In this document: in pieces, positions 36,069-45,777 of the stretch
Numbering within the stretch: the stretch's first letter is position 1
Layout of the letters: each line of letters starts with the position of its first letter
Assembly: GCA_030633305.1 (NCBI GenBank)
Contig: DAOVTB010000002.1
Coordinates: forward strand, 107 to 64,106
Source of the DNA: Candidatus Muiribacteriota bacterium
Lineage (GTDB): Bacteria > Muiribacteriota > DAOVTB01
DNA length: 64,000 nucleotides
Reading direction: 5' to 3'
Program-made: the position numbers and the translations under genes
The notes under the pieces: model-generated
The model's database searches: none
The model's input: only the letters and a program-made list of their open reading frames with translations
Told to the model about the DNA's origin: nothing

Positions 36069-36995
36069 TTGTATCTGCAGAGCTCATACTGTATAATATT
36101 ACTAGATATGAAACAACAAACTAAAGCCTATATATACGCTTTTTCAGCCATTCTCTTCTGGTCAACAGTTGCCACTGCCTTTAAATTAACACTAAAACAC
36201 ATCGATTTTATTCAACTTCTGTTTTTTTCTTCTTTTTTTTCTACAGTTGTTTTATTTCTAATCGTCATTGGAACCGGTAATTTTAAAAGCCTGTATAAAT
36301 TAAATTTTCAGCAAATATTCCAATCCATGTTACTGGGCTTTCTAAATCCATTTCTCTATTATTTTATATTATTCAAAGCATACTCATTACTCCCAGCCCA
36401 GGAAGCCCAAACATTGAATTACGCATGGCCCATTGTTCTTGTATTACTTTCAGTGCCACTATTAAAACAGAGACTTACACTGAAAACCTTGATCGCTTTT
36501 CTAATCAGTTTTTCAGGTGTTGTGGTTATTGCCACACATGGTAATATATTTACATTGGATTTCAGCAATTCTACAGGAGTATTACTAGCACTTTCCAGCA
36601 CTATAGTATGGTCTTTTTACTGGATATTGAACATGAAAGACAAGAGAACAGATAGTATCAAACTTTTCTCTAATTTCTGTTTTGGAACCATTTATTCTAT
36701 CATTGCTTTATTGCTTTTTAATCGCGGACTCAATGTAAACCATTTAGCTATTGCAGGTTGCTTTTACATTGGCACATTTGAAATGGGAATCACTTTTGTC
36801 TTGTGGCTTAAAGCCCTGAATACAGCTGAGAAAACATCTGACATCAGTAAATTTGTATTTCTATCTCCATTTCTATCCCTTGTGTTCATCTATTTCATTT
36901 TAAATGAACAAATATTTATCTCTACTATCATAGGATTGGTACTTATTATCTCAGGAATATTTCTGAACTACAGGAAAAAGAAAATTGAATGTTAA
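36069..36995 (+). CDS. EamA/DMT-family transporter
   Basis: 10 TM helices. Two EamA-like halves. 308 aa. Confidence 0.8.
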   Translation: MYLQSSYCIILLDMKQQTKAYIYAFSAILFWSTVATAFKLTLKHIDFIQLLFFSSFFSTVVLFLIVIGTGNFKSLYKLNFQQIFQSMLLGFLNPFLYYFILFKAYSLLPAQEAQTLNYAWPIVLVLLSVPLLKQRLTLKTLIAFLISFSGVVVIATHGNIFTLDFSNSTGVLLALSSTIVWSFYWILNMKDKRTDSIKLFSNFCFGTIYSIIALLLFNRGLNVNHLAIAGCFYIGTFEMGITFVLWLKALNTAEKTSDISKFVFLSPFLSLVFIYFILNEQIFISTIIGLVLIISGIFLNYRKKKIEC

Positions 36996-37084
36996 TTGAC
37001 ATCATTGTATTCATATGGAATTGATATATACAAATCCAGATTTCGGAAAAGTGATCGATAAATTTAATTATATTCCCAAGAAAT

Positions 37085-37118
37085 AAGGCCAATATCTTAT
37101 TGAAAAAATATTGGCCTT
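37085..37118. terminator. bidirectional hairpin terminator between convergent genes (aaggccaatatcttattgaaaaaatattggcctt)
   Basis: 10-bp perfect stem (aaggccaata/tattggcctt). A-run on one side, T/A on the other. Confidence 0.6.
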
Positions 37119-37143
37119 AAAATTAATTCAGTTTATTAAATAA

Positions 37144-37578
37144 TCAGCTTTTTACCCCAAGTGTACATGCTGCAAAATAAGCAGTCGTCTGTGCCTTGTC
37201 CATATCTTTATCTATCTTGAAATTATGTTTTTTATTTGTTGCGGAAATACTCTGTGGAGCAAGAAGTTCTACAGATACTTTATCTATCATTTGAATGAGA
37301 CCTTCCATTTTGAAAGTGATCGCACCACCAGCATACTGCCCTTTTTTATTTCTTTTTTTAATAGCGATATTTGTAACTTTATTTTCTTTAAAAAAAGTCT
37401 TGATTGAATCATAGAATTTTTTTACAGAGTCAGCCTTTTCATCCTTATCAAGTGTAAATACAAAGTTATCTGTTTTCACAAATTTGATTCCACTTTTAGT
37501 CACATTTACAACGGCTACATGTGCACCAAATCCACTGAGTTCAACACCACATATTTTCATAATTTTTCTCCTCAACAT
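37144..37578 (-). CDS. hypothetical protein, possibly DUF3010 family
   Basis: MKICGVELSG...AVVNV N-terminus resembles DUF3010 proteins. 144 aa. Weak call. Confidence 0.4.
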   Translation of the reverse strand: MLRRKIMKICGVELSGFGAHVAVVNVTKSGIKFVKTDNFVFTLDKDEKADSVKKFYDSIKTFFKENKVTNIAIKKRNKKGQYAGGAITFKMEGLIQMIDKVSVELLAPQSISATNKKHNFKIDKDMDKAQTTAYFAACTLGVKS

Positions 37579-37690
37579 ATTTTATATAACCTGATAGTAT
37601 TACAGAAGACATAATAACGTCAATAGAAAACAAATAAAGAAAATTGAACCAGTAGAGGGCACAGAGAAAAAAGAAAAAAATACCATTATA

Positions 37691-37735
37691 GGTACAGTCC
37701 CCTGTGGCTGTACCACAAAGGGGTATGCCTGTCCG
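37691..37735 (-). repeat. R4-related GC-rich hairpin pair (ggtacagtcccctgtggctgtacc ... ggggtatgcctgtcc)
   Basis: The reverse complement contains GGACAGGC and ACAGGGG..CTGTACC, matching the R4 consensus halves. Confidence 0.45.
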
Positions 37736-37845
37736 AGATTAAAATTGAAAAACAAATCAAACTGAAGTAAAATATAGAAAAAATTGATCCCCAGACCTAT
37801 TCATTAGTGAGTATGGGCATTGGGAATATAAAAAAGGAAAAACTA

Positions 37846-38202
37846 ATGAAAACTCTAATTATTTTTAATCGACAACCCTATGACACCACTGATGTTACTT
37901 GGAATGGTCTTCGACTCGCAGATAAATTACTTGATGTAGGACAGACTGTAAAAATATTCCTCATGAACGATTCTGTAGACATGGCAAGAGATGTTTGTAA
38001 ACCACCAGCAGGATATGATCAGGATCTGTCAAAAATACTAAAAGATTTAATCCAGAAAGGTGTTGAGGTAAAGGTTTGTGGCACCTGCATGGCAAGATGC
38101 GGAATACATAAAAATCACCCATATTTTGAAGGTGCTAATAAATCCACAATGCCTGAACTTGCTCAATGGGTTATTGAATGTGAAAAAGTATTAACTTTTT
38201 AA
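37846..38202 (+). CDS. DsrE/DsrF (YchN)-like family protein
   Basis: MKTLIIFNRQPYDTTDVTWNGLRLADKLL...VKVCGTCM matches the DsrE-fold pattern. An RBS AAGGAAA precedes the ATG at 37846. The ORF-track start at 37807 is probably too long. Confidence 0.6.
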   Translation: MKTLIIFNRQPYDTTDVTWNGLRLADKLLDVGQTVKIFLMNDSVDMARDVCKPPAGYDQDLSKILKDLIQKGVEVKVCGTCMARCGIHKNHPYFEGANKSTMPELAQWVIECEKVLTF

Positions 38203-38207
38203 TGCCT

Positions 38208-39653
38208 TCATAGTCTTCTCTTTTGTCCTGTAGGACCTTTCGGTGCTTCATCCGAAGTAATAAACCCATCTCCATTTTTATCATGCCTATTGAATCTGTT
38301 TTTTGGACCATCAAATTCAGCTTTCGATACCTTGCCATCTTTGTCTTTATCCAGCCTGTTAATAAATCGATTTTTTTTATCTGTAATCCCTCCGGCACTA
38401 TTTTGGCTTTCACCGATTCTGTCACTATATTTATTTAGAGGTACATTTATTTCTGTCTTTGAGGAGTCAGTGGTCTGAATTGTAACCTGTCCTCCCCTGA
38501 CACATCTTACAAAATTATAAACTCTTCGTTCATCACCCTGAGGACTAAACCACTTAGTAGTAGTTCCACTTTTCGGATCACTTCGCTGAGATCCAGCACC
38601 ATGAACATCCATAATTTTTCCATGCATCTTACCCGTAGCTTCTCCAAAAGCAATATATGCAGCATTTGAGCATGGATTTCTTCCATCAAGATGAGTCGTG
38701 CTTGTCCAGTAATAGGGGTATTGCTTGTTTCCTTCATAATCCTTAATCTCAGTTGATATAAAAATCGGGTCAATCGCTGCAGAATCTGTAGTTTGAAGTG
38801 ATCTAGTATAATCTACAATACTTTGAAGTTCTTTTGCATCAGGTAATCGCCAGTCTCTGTGACCACCAATTTTTATGTTTTCTGCATATTTAATAGAATC
38901 TTGCCAATTCAGTCCCCTTTTGCTGTCATTCTTCTGCCAAATCAATCCTGTAGCTGAATCTGTAATAGTTCCATCTCCATTGTCTGTAAAACTGTTTAAG
39001 CCATATAAAGTATTACCGCGTACAAATCTAAAATACATTTTTTTTGGTTTTCTGGTTCGAGGATCGTATTTGGGATAACCTTTTATTCGGCCATCCAGAA
39101 AATTAACTCCAAAAACAGTTTCATCATTTCTCATTGTTTTGCCAACATATTGAGTCAAACTCCAGGTCTGAGCATCTATTTCTCGTTCTCCCAAGCTGGA
39201 ATCACCAATGGGTTGATCAAAATATCCGGTATCAATAAATGGTTTAATCACTTTTTGACCCTGAACCCTGCCGTCAAATCTAATAAGTGAATATAATTCT
39301 TTGATTGTAGGGATACGCCAGTCATCATATCCCCCGAGGCTACAACTTCTCACTTTTCTTAATGCCTCGTTATAAGACATTTTTCCATCCATTACTTTCT
39401 GCCATTTCAAACCTGTTACATTATCTGATATTGTTCCATCGCCGTTATCAGTATATGAGGCCTGATTGCTTTCATACTGGGCATCCTGTCCATAAAAGGC
39501 ATCGCCTTTTGCAGGGATCTTTATTTGCGTTCTATTATCATAAAAATCTGTTACTCCCGTATCCACAATTCTATATTTTACTCTGTTATTCGCTCCATGA
39601 ATAAAGTTGGAAACCAGGATTAAAATAAATAATATAACAATTGCTTTTTTCAT
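38208..39653 (-). CDS. secreted protein with two DUF1566 (Lcl C-terminal-like) domains and a C-terminal pair of EF-hand-like calcium-binding loops
   Basis: Signal peptide. Twice TDNGDGTI(S/T)D..TGL.WQK...DWRLP(T/D).KEL (the DUF1566 signature). C-terminal DKDKDGKVSKAEF and DKNGDGFITSDE are EF-hand DxDxDG loops. 481 aa. Confidence 0.6.
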   Translation of the reverse strand: MKKAIVILFILILVSNFIHGANNRVKYRIVDTGVTDFYDNRTQIKIPAKGDAFYGQDAQYESNQASYTDNGDGTISDNVTGLKWQKVMDGKMSYNEALRKVRSCSLGGYDDWRIPTIKELYSLIRFDGRVQGQKVIKPFIDTGYFDQPIGDSSLGEREIDAQTWSLTQYVGKTMRNDETVFGVNFLDGRIKGYPKYDPRTRKPKKMYFRFVRGNTLYGLNSFTDNGDGTITDSATGLIWQKNDSKRGLNWQDSIKYAENIKIGGHRDWRLPDAKELQSIVDYTRSLQTTDSAAIDPIFISTEIKDYEGNKQYPYYWTSTTHLDGRNPCSNAAYIAFGEATGKMHGKIMDVHGAGSQRSDPKSGTTTKWFSPQGDERRVYNFVRCVRGGQVTIQTTDSSKTEINVPLNKYSDRIGESQNSAGGITDKKNRFINRLDKDKDGKVSKAEFDGPKNRFNRHDKNGDGFITSDEAPKGPTGQKRRL

Positions 39654-40338
39654 TCAAAATGCTCCTTACGAGAATATTGTTTTGATAACTTAGAACTAAA
39701 GCAATTATCATTCCTGTTTATAAACTTGATTGCAACACAATTATAATTAGAGTGATTTGAAATTCTACACTAGACGAAATATAAACTTCCTGTCCATTAA
39801 ATCAAACAATTAATTCCAAGAAAATGGACACTTTCAAAAAAACACAAAAGAAGATCAAAGTATTGACTATCAAACATCTGAAAATAGTATGATTCCTATT
39901 TTTATTATATTGTTTTCCATATATATACCAATTCTTGTATTTTCAATCACTTATATTATACAAGTAAAACATATAAAAGCTAATCCTAATTTTTTAAAAA
40001 TTTTCGCTTCCTTTTTATTCTTCAAGAGAAATTCAATTGGTACCTTTTACTTTGTATTTTCATGCTTCAACAGGTTTATATCATTCATTTCTATCAGAAC
40101 ATTGAATAGCATGATTTTTACAATACATGCTTGAATAAGTAATTGCTCAGGAATTTAATTGGAGCCTTCTTTTTGCCTTATTAGCTAAAACTTACACTAA
40201 AAAAAGACAAGCTCCAATTTGGGAATTTCAACGCGAAATTTCTGAGTGATTATTTATTCCTGCTGTTGCCCCTTTATCATGTGTTTTATATGTCCCGAAT
40301 ATTTGAAGGAAAAGGCGTCAAATCAAAGTTACTTGTAC

Positions 40339-41112
40339 TCATTTCTCTTTAGCAGGAAGAAAATTCCTGATCCCATACTTTAAAGGAGACCAAATGGATG
40401 TTTTAATATCAGTTTCCTTGAGTCCTCTGTTGGTCCATAGATTGCAAGTATTGAACAAGTGATATTTTCCTTCGGCTTTATAAAAATTATCGTTCCAGTA
40501 ATAACTTTTTCCTTTTAGAAGTTGTGCTTTTTTATTTTCATATTTAAATTTAATTTTAACGAAATCAACCAGTTTTTGGTACTGCTCTTTTGTAATGTTA
40601 ATTTTCCGTATATCAATGTATTTATATGGCAAATTGTAAAAATATGTTACGTGCATCAATGAGTCAGTTGGTAGAAAAGTAGCACGAAATGTAATGTCTG
40701 GATTTAAGTTTTTCAAAGATCCCATCTCGAGATAAAATACTTCATCCCCCCAGCCTATCTGAATAAATTTTGGATTTGGACTAATGTTGTTAAAGTCTTT
40801 GGGATCTACAATTGTTCTCCAATCAATGACATCATTTTGAACCGGAAGAATAAAATCAGCATGTATGCTTTCAACTGCAATGTAAATTGTATAATCTTTT
40901 GAACCTAAATGTTTTTCTGGATTAGTAGAAACAAAAAGTCCGATCGCTGTCATTCCAAGGTATAATAAGGTTGGAACAAATGGAACCATAAAAATAATTG
41001 CTATAATTTTAAAATATTTATTCCTGAAAATACTCATAATAGTAATTCTAACAGAACTAAAAATTTTGTCCCTTAATTTTATATCCTGATTATGTGAAAA
41101 GAATCCTCTCAA
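40339..41112 (-). CDS. membrane-anchored hypothetical protein, possibly DUF2459/TIGR02117 family
   Basis: N-terminal signal anchor (the true start is probably the internal MSIFRNKYFKIIAIIF). Motifs HADFILP and NTCNLWT. Confidence 0.45.
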   Translation of the reverse strand: MRGFFSHNQDIKLRDKIFSSVRITIMSIFRNKYFKIIAIIFMVPFVPTLLYLGMTAIGLFVSTNPEKHLGSKDYTIYIAVESIHADFILPVQNDVIDWRTIVDPKDFNNISPNPKFIQIGWGDEVFYLEMGSLKNLNPDITFRATFLPTDSLMHVTYFYNLPYKYIDIRKINITKEQYQKLVDFVKIKFKYENKKAQLLKGKSYYWNDNFYKAEGKYHLFNTCNLWTNRGLKETDIKTSIWSPLKYGIRNFLPAKEK

Positions 41113-41276
41113 TAAGATACCAAAAATTAACTTTCAGGAACCAAAGCAAGACTTTTTTCGTGATTTCTATTATTAAAGGTTTTTAGAATATATTCTACGT
41201 ATACATTTGTACTTGTTGTAAACGATGAATATGTAGTATTTTATACAAAAGGTCTATGAAATTTTTAGGACAATAA

Positions 41277-41747
41277 ATGATGAAAAACAATGAAAACCAG
41301 TTAATCTGCACTCATTGTAAAACCGAAAACGTAAAATCTGCATCGTTTTGCAATAACTGTGGAAAAACGCTAAATATAAAGGGAAAAGCAAAACAACTTG
41401 GTTGGAAAATAGTCTTTTACGATCTCTGTTTGCCCGGATTAGGACATTACAAGATTGGACGTAAAGTTGAAGCTTATTTTTTGATGACAGCATTTCTTCT
41501 AAGTTTTACCTTGTATTCAATTGATAGTGCATCCACTGCAATGAAAGTCATCAGTCATGATATCATCGGCTCATCTACTCTGAGTCCTGAAAATCTTCAA
41601 AAATCAATTGATGCAAGAAGATCCCTTTACAATTCTTTTCTTTCCTGGACCTATCTGATCATTTGGATAAGCGCTGTTGCAAATTCGATTGTCATTAAGC
41701 TTAATATGGATAAAATGATTAAAGAAAGTTCTGACGAAGATGATTGA
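41277..41747 (+). CDS. zinc-ribbon membrane protein, hypothetical
   Basis: CTHCKTEN...CNNCGK zinc ribbon, then two TM segments. Confidence 0.5.
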   Translation: MMKNNENQLICTHCKTENVKSASFCNNCGKTLNIKGKAKQLGWKIVFYDLCLPGLGHYKIGRKVEAYFLMTAFLLSFTLYSIDSASTAMKVISHDIIGSSTLSPENLQKSIDARRSLYNSFLSWTYLIIWISAVANSIVIKLNMDKMIKESSDEDD

Positions 41748-41790
41748 TGAGAATTTCCCAATTAGCATACTATTATGGTAATCTATTCAT

Positions 41791-41994
41791 GTGGAATTCA
41801 AGATGACTAAAACCTCGAAAAGTTTACTGATAATTCTTCCAATTATCTTAGTTCCTTCGTTCTTTTTTTGGAAATTAGCAAATTCAAGAAAATCAAGTTC
41901 TCATTCTATTTCTAAAGGACTTGGACTATCAGGTCACCTATTTATTTATTTAACCGTCTTAGTAATCAAGTCATTTTTGTATTTTACTAAATAG
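41791..41994 (+). CDS. small two-TM membrane protein, hypothetical
   Basis: 67 aa, two hydrophobic helices. Could be spurious in AT-rich DNA. Confidence 0.3.
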   Translation: MEFKMTKTSKSLLIILPIILVPSFFFWKLANSRKSSSHSISKGLGLSGHLFIYLTVLVIKSFLYFTK

Positions 41995-42037
41995 ATTCTA
42001 ATAGAATTTTTTTCAATTCAACCAGAATATTCAAAGC

Positions 42038-42757
42038 TTGCATTTGACTGAAAACCTGCCTTTTGTTAACATGAAAAAAAATCGAGGTACTTCAAAAGCA
42101 TTAAATATGAATGGACATAGAAAAAAAGAATCAATACTGTTTATCGTTTCCGGGCCAAGTGGAGTTGGAAAGTCAACCCTGTGTGACTATCTTGAAAAAG
42201 AAGTTGCCAGTTTAAAATTTTCTGTTTCAACCACAACACGTCCCATTCGTGGAAGTGAAGTCGATGGTTGGGATTACATATTTACCGATGAGGAACAGTT
42301 CAAAAAACTTATCGATCAAGATGAGTTTCTTGAATGGGCTATTGTACACGATCATTATTATGGCACACAGAAAAAAATTGTTGATACATTAATCGAAGAA
42401 GGAGTCGATGCAATCGTAGACATCGATGTCCAGGGCGGATTATCGATTAAGAAAAATGACCCGAGTGCAGTATTGATCTTTATCGCTCCCCCGAAACTGT
42501 CTGATCTTGAACAAAGGCTGGACAATAGAGGGACTGATAATTCCAAGACAATCAAGACCAGACTGGAAAATGCCCGCATCGAAATGCAGTCAATAAAATC
42601 ATATGATTATCTGATCGTCAATGATTCACTGGAAGAAAGTAAGGAACTGATAAAATCAATTATCACAACTGAAAGATATAAAGTACATCGAACCGATCCT
42701 GAATTTATCCAGGAGATCCTCAATAAATTCAAAGCTGCTGCTGATCTTAAACTGTGA
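42038..42757 (+). CDS. gmk: guanylate kinase
   Basis: GPSGVGKSTL P-loop. TTRPIRGSEVDGWDYIF and DVQGG motifs. The real start is probably an internal Met (MNGHRKKESILFIV). Confidence 0.9.
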   Translation: MHLTENLPFVNMKKNRGTSKALNMNGHRKKESILFIVSGPSGVGKSTLCDYLEKEVASLKFSVSTTTRPIRGSEVDGWDYIFTDEEQFKKLIDQDEFLEWAIVHDHYYGTQKKIVDTLIEEGVDAIVDIDVQGGLSIKKNDPSAVLIFIAPPKLSDLEQRLDNRGTDNSKTIKTRLENARIEMQSIKSYDYLIVNDSLEESKELIKSIITTERYKVHRTDPEFIQEILNKFKAAADLKL

Positions 42758-42795
42758 ATAAACAACCTATTCAGGTATTACATTTAGAATTGAAA

Positions 42796-44667
42796 TTAAC
42801 TTACTGATGGAATCTTCAATATAAAACTAGCCCCATTTGAAAAGGATGATTCATAATCCAGGCTTCCACCAAGATCGCAGGCAAGTCTCTGGGAAAGTGC
42901 CAGGCCAAGACCAATTCCAGGAGCAGTTCCAGCGGCAGCTTTTGCGGATTTACTGAATGGTTGAAAAAGTTTCTTTTTTATATCAACTTCTATACCTGGT
43001 CCATGATCAAAAATACGGAAATATACATGATCATCTCCATTTTTTATACTCTGGATATGAATTTTTCTGACTTTAACTTCAGAGGCATATTTACATGCAT
43101 TATCAATCAGATTAAACATGATATGTTCAATTGAAACGGGAGCCGTAAAAACAATCTTATCAAGAATTGAATCAAGTTCAATGTTTAATTCCATTCCAGC
43201 AAGCTTCACCCTGTCAATTAGTCTGTTTTCAAACCTTGAAAACAATTCCCTGACAGAAATTTTCACTAGTTCAGTTCCAGCACGTCCGCGTTCAAGTTTT
43301 GCAAAGGCAAGTACATTTTCAACAAGATGTCCAAGCCTGTCTGCTTCAACAGAAAGAATGTTCAAATATTTGAGCCTTTTATTTTCGTCCGGAACCATAC
43401 CTGTACTCAGCATTTCGGTATACATTTTAAAAGTTGTTAAAGGAGTACGCAGTTCATGTGTTACTGCTGAAACAAAATCTGCTCGTTTTTCACTGAGAGA
43501 AACTGTTTTTACTACAAATACAGCAACAGCTCCTGCACCTAAAAATACACATATCCACGAAATAAAAAGTGATATTTTAACTGTTGATATTGATTTATCC
43601 TGTTCAACCAATATACTTCCGGGAATCAATTTTACAGGAAGAGAAGCAAGAAGACGACTGCTGGAATCCAGTTTTCCAGCTTTTGTTACAGCTTCTAATC
43701 TTGCATCAGGCAAAAGATCTTTAATCTGAGTTAATAATCGTTTATGGATATCATTCCAGGACAACCATAAGCCTTGAATATAAATTTTCCCTGCAATATC
43801 AAAACACCTTATAAGAAAAAGGTTTTTGTTTATCCAAACAGGTTTTAATACATTCTTTCCAGCTTTATAAGTCTGCCCATTTGATTTTCCAGAAGCATAT
43901 TCCTTATTTTCCTCGTCAAACACAGTCGAATCGCCTTCAAATGATTTTTCTCTTTTTCGTTTCGAAACAACTGCAAGCGAATTAACTGATTTCATGGGAG
44001 CCACATTTTGAACATTAAACCTTGCTTCAAATTCAGCGGCATTCCTGGCCATCTGCTTATATTTGGAAGTTTTCTTTTCAACAGTAGCAGCAACTTTAAA
44101 CATCTTATCAAGTTTATTCATTGCAAGAACTATCTCGCCCTTTTGCTTCAGTAATTCAAAAAGTCTGCTATGGTTAACAATCTTTTTCAATTTATCCAGA
44201 AGTTTCTCGCCTGAATCTACTGTTTTTGGCTGAATATACTGCGATTCTGCAAGATCACGCATATTGCCTTCAGGAACCTGAGGCGAACTGAGTTTTCCAT
44301 TTGGATCAAATTGAAAATGAACAATAGTAAAAGCTGATTTTCCTGTTAAGAGTGGTGATGGCATTAAAATTTCTCCTCTTTTTACAGGAGCATACATTTT
44401 TGTATATGCAGTTTGAGCAGCGTAAAAAGAAGAATAATGGATGTATGGTCTTGAATTTTCTTCACCAATAAAAGGACTCAAAAGCGAATCCATTCGCCAG
44501 AGCGCAAGCCTCACATTTTCTTCTTTTTGTGCCTGCTGACGAACTTTTGCCTCCGTTTTTTCAAGTTTTAACGCGATAACACTGATCCACCCCATTGCCA
44601 GAAATACCAGACCAAGGCAAAGACCAAATATTAACCAGGTTTTCCATAATTTATTAAACTTCATCAA
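42796..44667 (-). CDS. sensor histidine kinase with a large periplasmic sensor domain
   Basis: N-terminal TM, a periplasmic region of about 330 aa, a second TM, HisKA (SAVTHELRTPLTT) and HATPase_c (GIGLGLAL). 623 aa. Confidence 0.85.
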   Translation of the reverse strand: MMKFNKLWKTWLIFGLCLGLVFLAMGWISVIALKLEKTEAKVRQQAQKEENVRLALWRMDSLLSPFIGEENSRPYIHYSSFYAAQTAYTKMYAPVKRGEILMPSPLLTGKSAFTIVHFQFDPNGKLSSPQVPEGNMRDLAESQYIQPKTVDSGEKLLDKLKKIVNHSRLFELLKQKGEIVLAMNKLDKMFKVAATVEKKTSKYKQMARNAAEFEARFNVQNVAPMKSVNSLAVVSKRKREKSFEGDSTVFDEENKEYASGKSNGQTYKAGKNVLKPVWINKNLFLIRCFDIAGKIYIQGLWLSWNDIHKRLLTQIKDLLPDARLEAVTKAGKLDSSSRLLASLPVKLIPGSILVEQDKSISTVKISLFISWICVFLGAGAVAVFVVKTVSLSEKRADFVSAVTHELRTPLTTFKMYTEMLSTGMVPDENKRLKYLNILSVEADRLGHLVENVLAFAKLERGRAGTELVKISVRELFSRFENRLIDRVKLAGMELNIELDSILDKIVFTAPVSIEHIMFNLIDNACKYASEVKVRKIHIQSIKNGDDHVYFRIFDHGPGIEVDIKKKLFQPFSKSAKAAAGTAPGIGLGLALSQRLACDLGGSLDYESSFSNGASFILKIPSVS

Positions 44668-44740
44668 ATATTCCTATTTTTTCTAACCCATGTTTGATCT
44701 ATAACACTATATAATATTATCTTACCATTTTATTCTTGTT

Positions 44741-44815
44741 CCAGAGGGGTCAAAGCACTTTCATACAACTCTAATTTCGAGTTGAACAAAAGTCCATGTG
44801 ACCCCATCTATATTT
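44741..44815 (+). repeat. R1 repeat, copy C (5'-truncated)
   Basis: Reads ccagaggggtcaaagcactttcat-[hairpin caactctaatttcgagttg]-...ccatgtgaccccatctatattt. Confidence 0.75.
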
Positions 44816-44901
44816 GTATTTAATATTTTTATCCATCTTTTGTTTTCTTTATTATTCTTTTCCCTATCGTATTCATTTTTTTATTTTTTCATTACCCTGA
44901 A

Positions 44902-45026
44902 ACCTGTGTTCTGAATGAGATGAAGGTTGGAATATTCTGTATCGGAACAAACCGAAGCGTACTAACGTACGTTGAGGTTTGGGCAGATGCATAATATTTC
45001 AAGATTCGCTCATTCAGGACACAGGT
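44902..45026 (+). repeat. R2 MITE-like repeat, copy C. Overlaps the 3' end of the response-regulator gene.
   Basis: TIRs acctgtgttctgaatgag ... ctcattcaggacacaggt. Core gatgaaggttgg...aaaccgaagcgtac...ttcaagattcgctcattcagg. Confidence 0.8.
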
Positions 45027-45708
45027 CAAAGAAGTATCCTTTTCCTCGTACAGTTTTTATTATACTACTATCACAATCACCAATTTTTTCTCTTAATCTG
45101 GCAATATGCATATCAACTGTTCTTGTTTCCATCCCTTTTGGATCAGCTATTCTCCATACATGGACCAAAAGTTCCTGCCTTGAAATAACACGACCGGCAT
45201 TCTGTGCAAGATAACGGACAAGATCAGCTTCACGTTCTGAAATAGATGCTTTATTACCATCAGGAAAGATTACTTCTCTTTTGGAAATATCAACTAAAAC
45301 ACCGTTTATCTCCACTGTCGTTATATCAGTTGGGCGAGCCGGGGAACGCCTGAGTACTGCTTGAATTCTGGCAAGAAATTCCCGGATGCTGAAAGGCTTT
45401 ACAACATAATCATCAGCTCCCAGTTTCAATCCCTCAACACGTTCATCCTCAGATCCTTTTGCTGTCATTATAATAACAGGCAATGTCGGCCGGCTTTTCC
45501 GAATTGCTCTCAGAATATCAAGACCAAGAATTCCCGGAAGCACAAGATCCAAAAGCACAAGATCACAATCTACTTCAAGTGCCATTTCATGTCCTTCATC
45601 ACCATGACCAGTCTGAAAGGTATTATATCCCTCAAATTCAAGGGCATCAACAATACCTTCCCTGATAGATCGATCATCTTCAATTACAAGTACTTTATAA
45701 TTTCCCAT
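45010..45708 (-). CDS. OmpR-family response regulator
   Basis: REC domain (LVLLDLVLPG) plus a winged-helix trans_reg_C domain (VHVWR...RTVDMHIARLREKI). Confidence 0.9.
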   Translation of the reverse strand: MGNYKVLVIEDDRSIREGIVDALEFEGYNTFQTGHGDEGHEMALEVDCDLVLLDLVLPGILGLDILRAIRKSRPTLPVIIMTAKGSEDERVEGLKLGADDYVVKPFSIREFLARIQAVLRRSPARPTDITTVEINGVLVDISKREVIFPDGNKASISEREADLVRYLAQNAGRVISRQELLVHVWRIADPKGMETRTVDMHIARLREKIGDCDSSIIKTVRGKGYFFDLCPE

Positions 45709-45727
45709 TTTTGTTCCTTATGGTATC

Positions 45728-45754
45728 GGACAGGCACGGGGACCTGTCCCTACT
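45728..45754 (+). repeat. R4 hairpin (ggacaggcacggggacctgtccctact)
   Basis: Near-identical to 2210-2236. Confidence 0.6.
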
Positions 45755-45777
45755 ATATTTTAATTTTTATCTATCTT

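Noticed and set aside
39889-40134. 81-aa hydrophobic ORF in the 685-bp gap
   Set aside because: Composition is what AT-rich non-coding DNA gives (Ile/Phe/Leu runs). No RBS. The start codon sits inside the putative -10 hexamer. Treated as non-coding.
41216-41231. 15/16-nt identity between cgtaaacgatgaatat at 41216 (intergenic) and 63658 (inside the response-regulator gene)
   Set aside because: For a 64-kb AT-rich sequence, a few chance 15-mer matches are expected. One copy is coding. No flanking similarity. Coincidence.
43118-43729. 203-aa plus-strand ORF inside the histidine kinase gene. Also the similar antisense ORFs 34958-35395 (in pdxJ), 27373-27837 (in the molybdenum hydroxylase), 5568-5894 (in the TPR protein), 16135-16545 (in the rSAM) and the many 60-110-aa antisense ORFs in the track.
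   Set aside because: All lie antisense to genes with clear family motifs. They have biased low-complexity translations and lack RBSs. Typical shadow ORFs.
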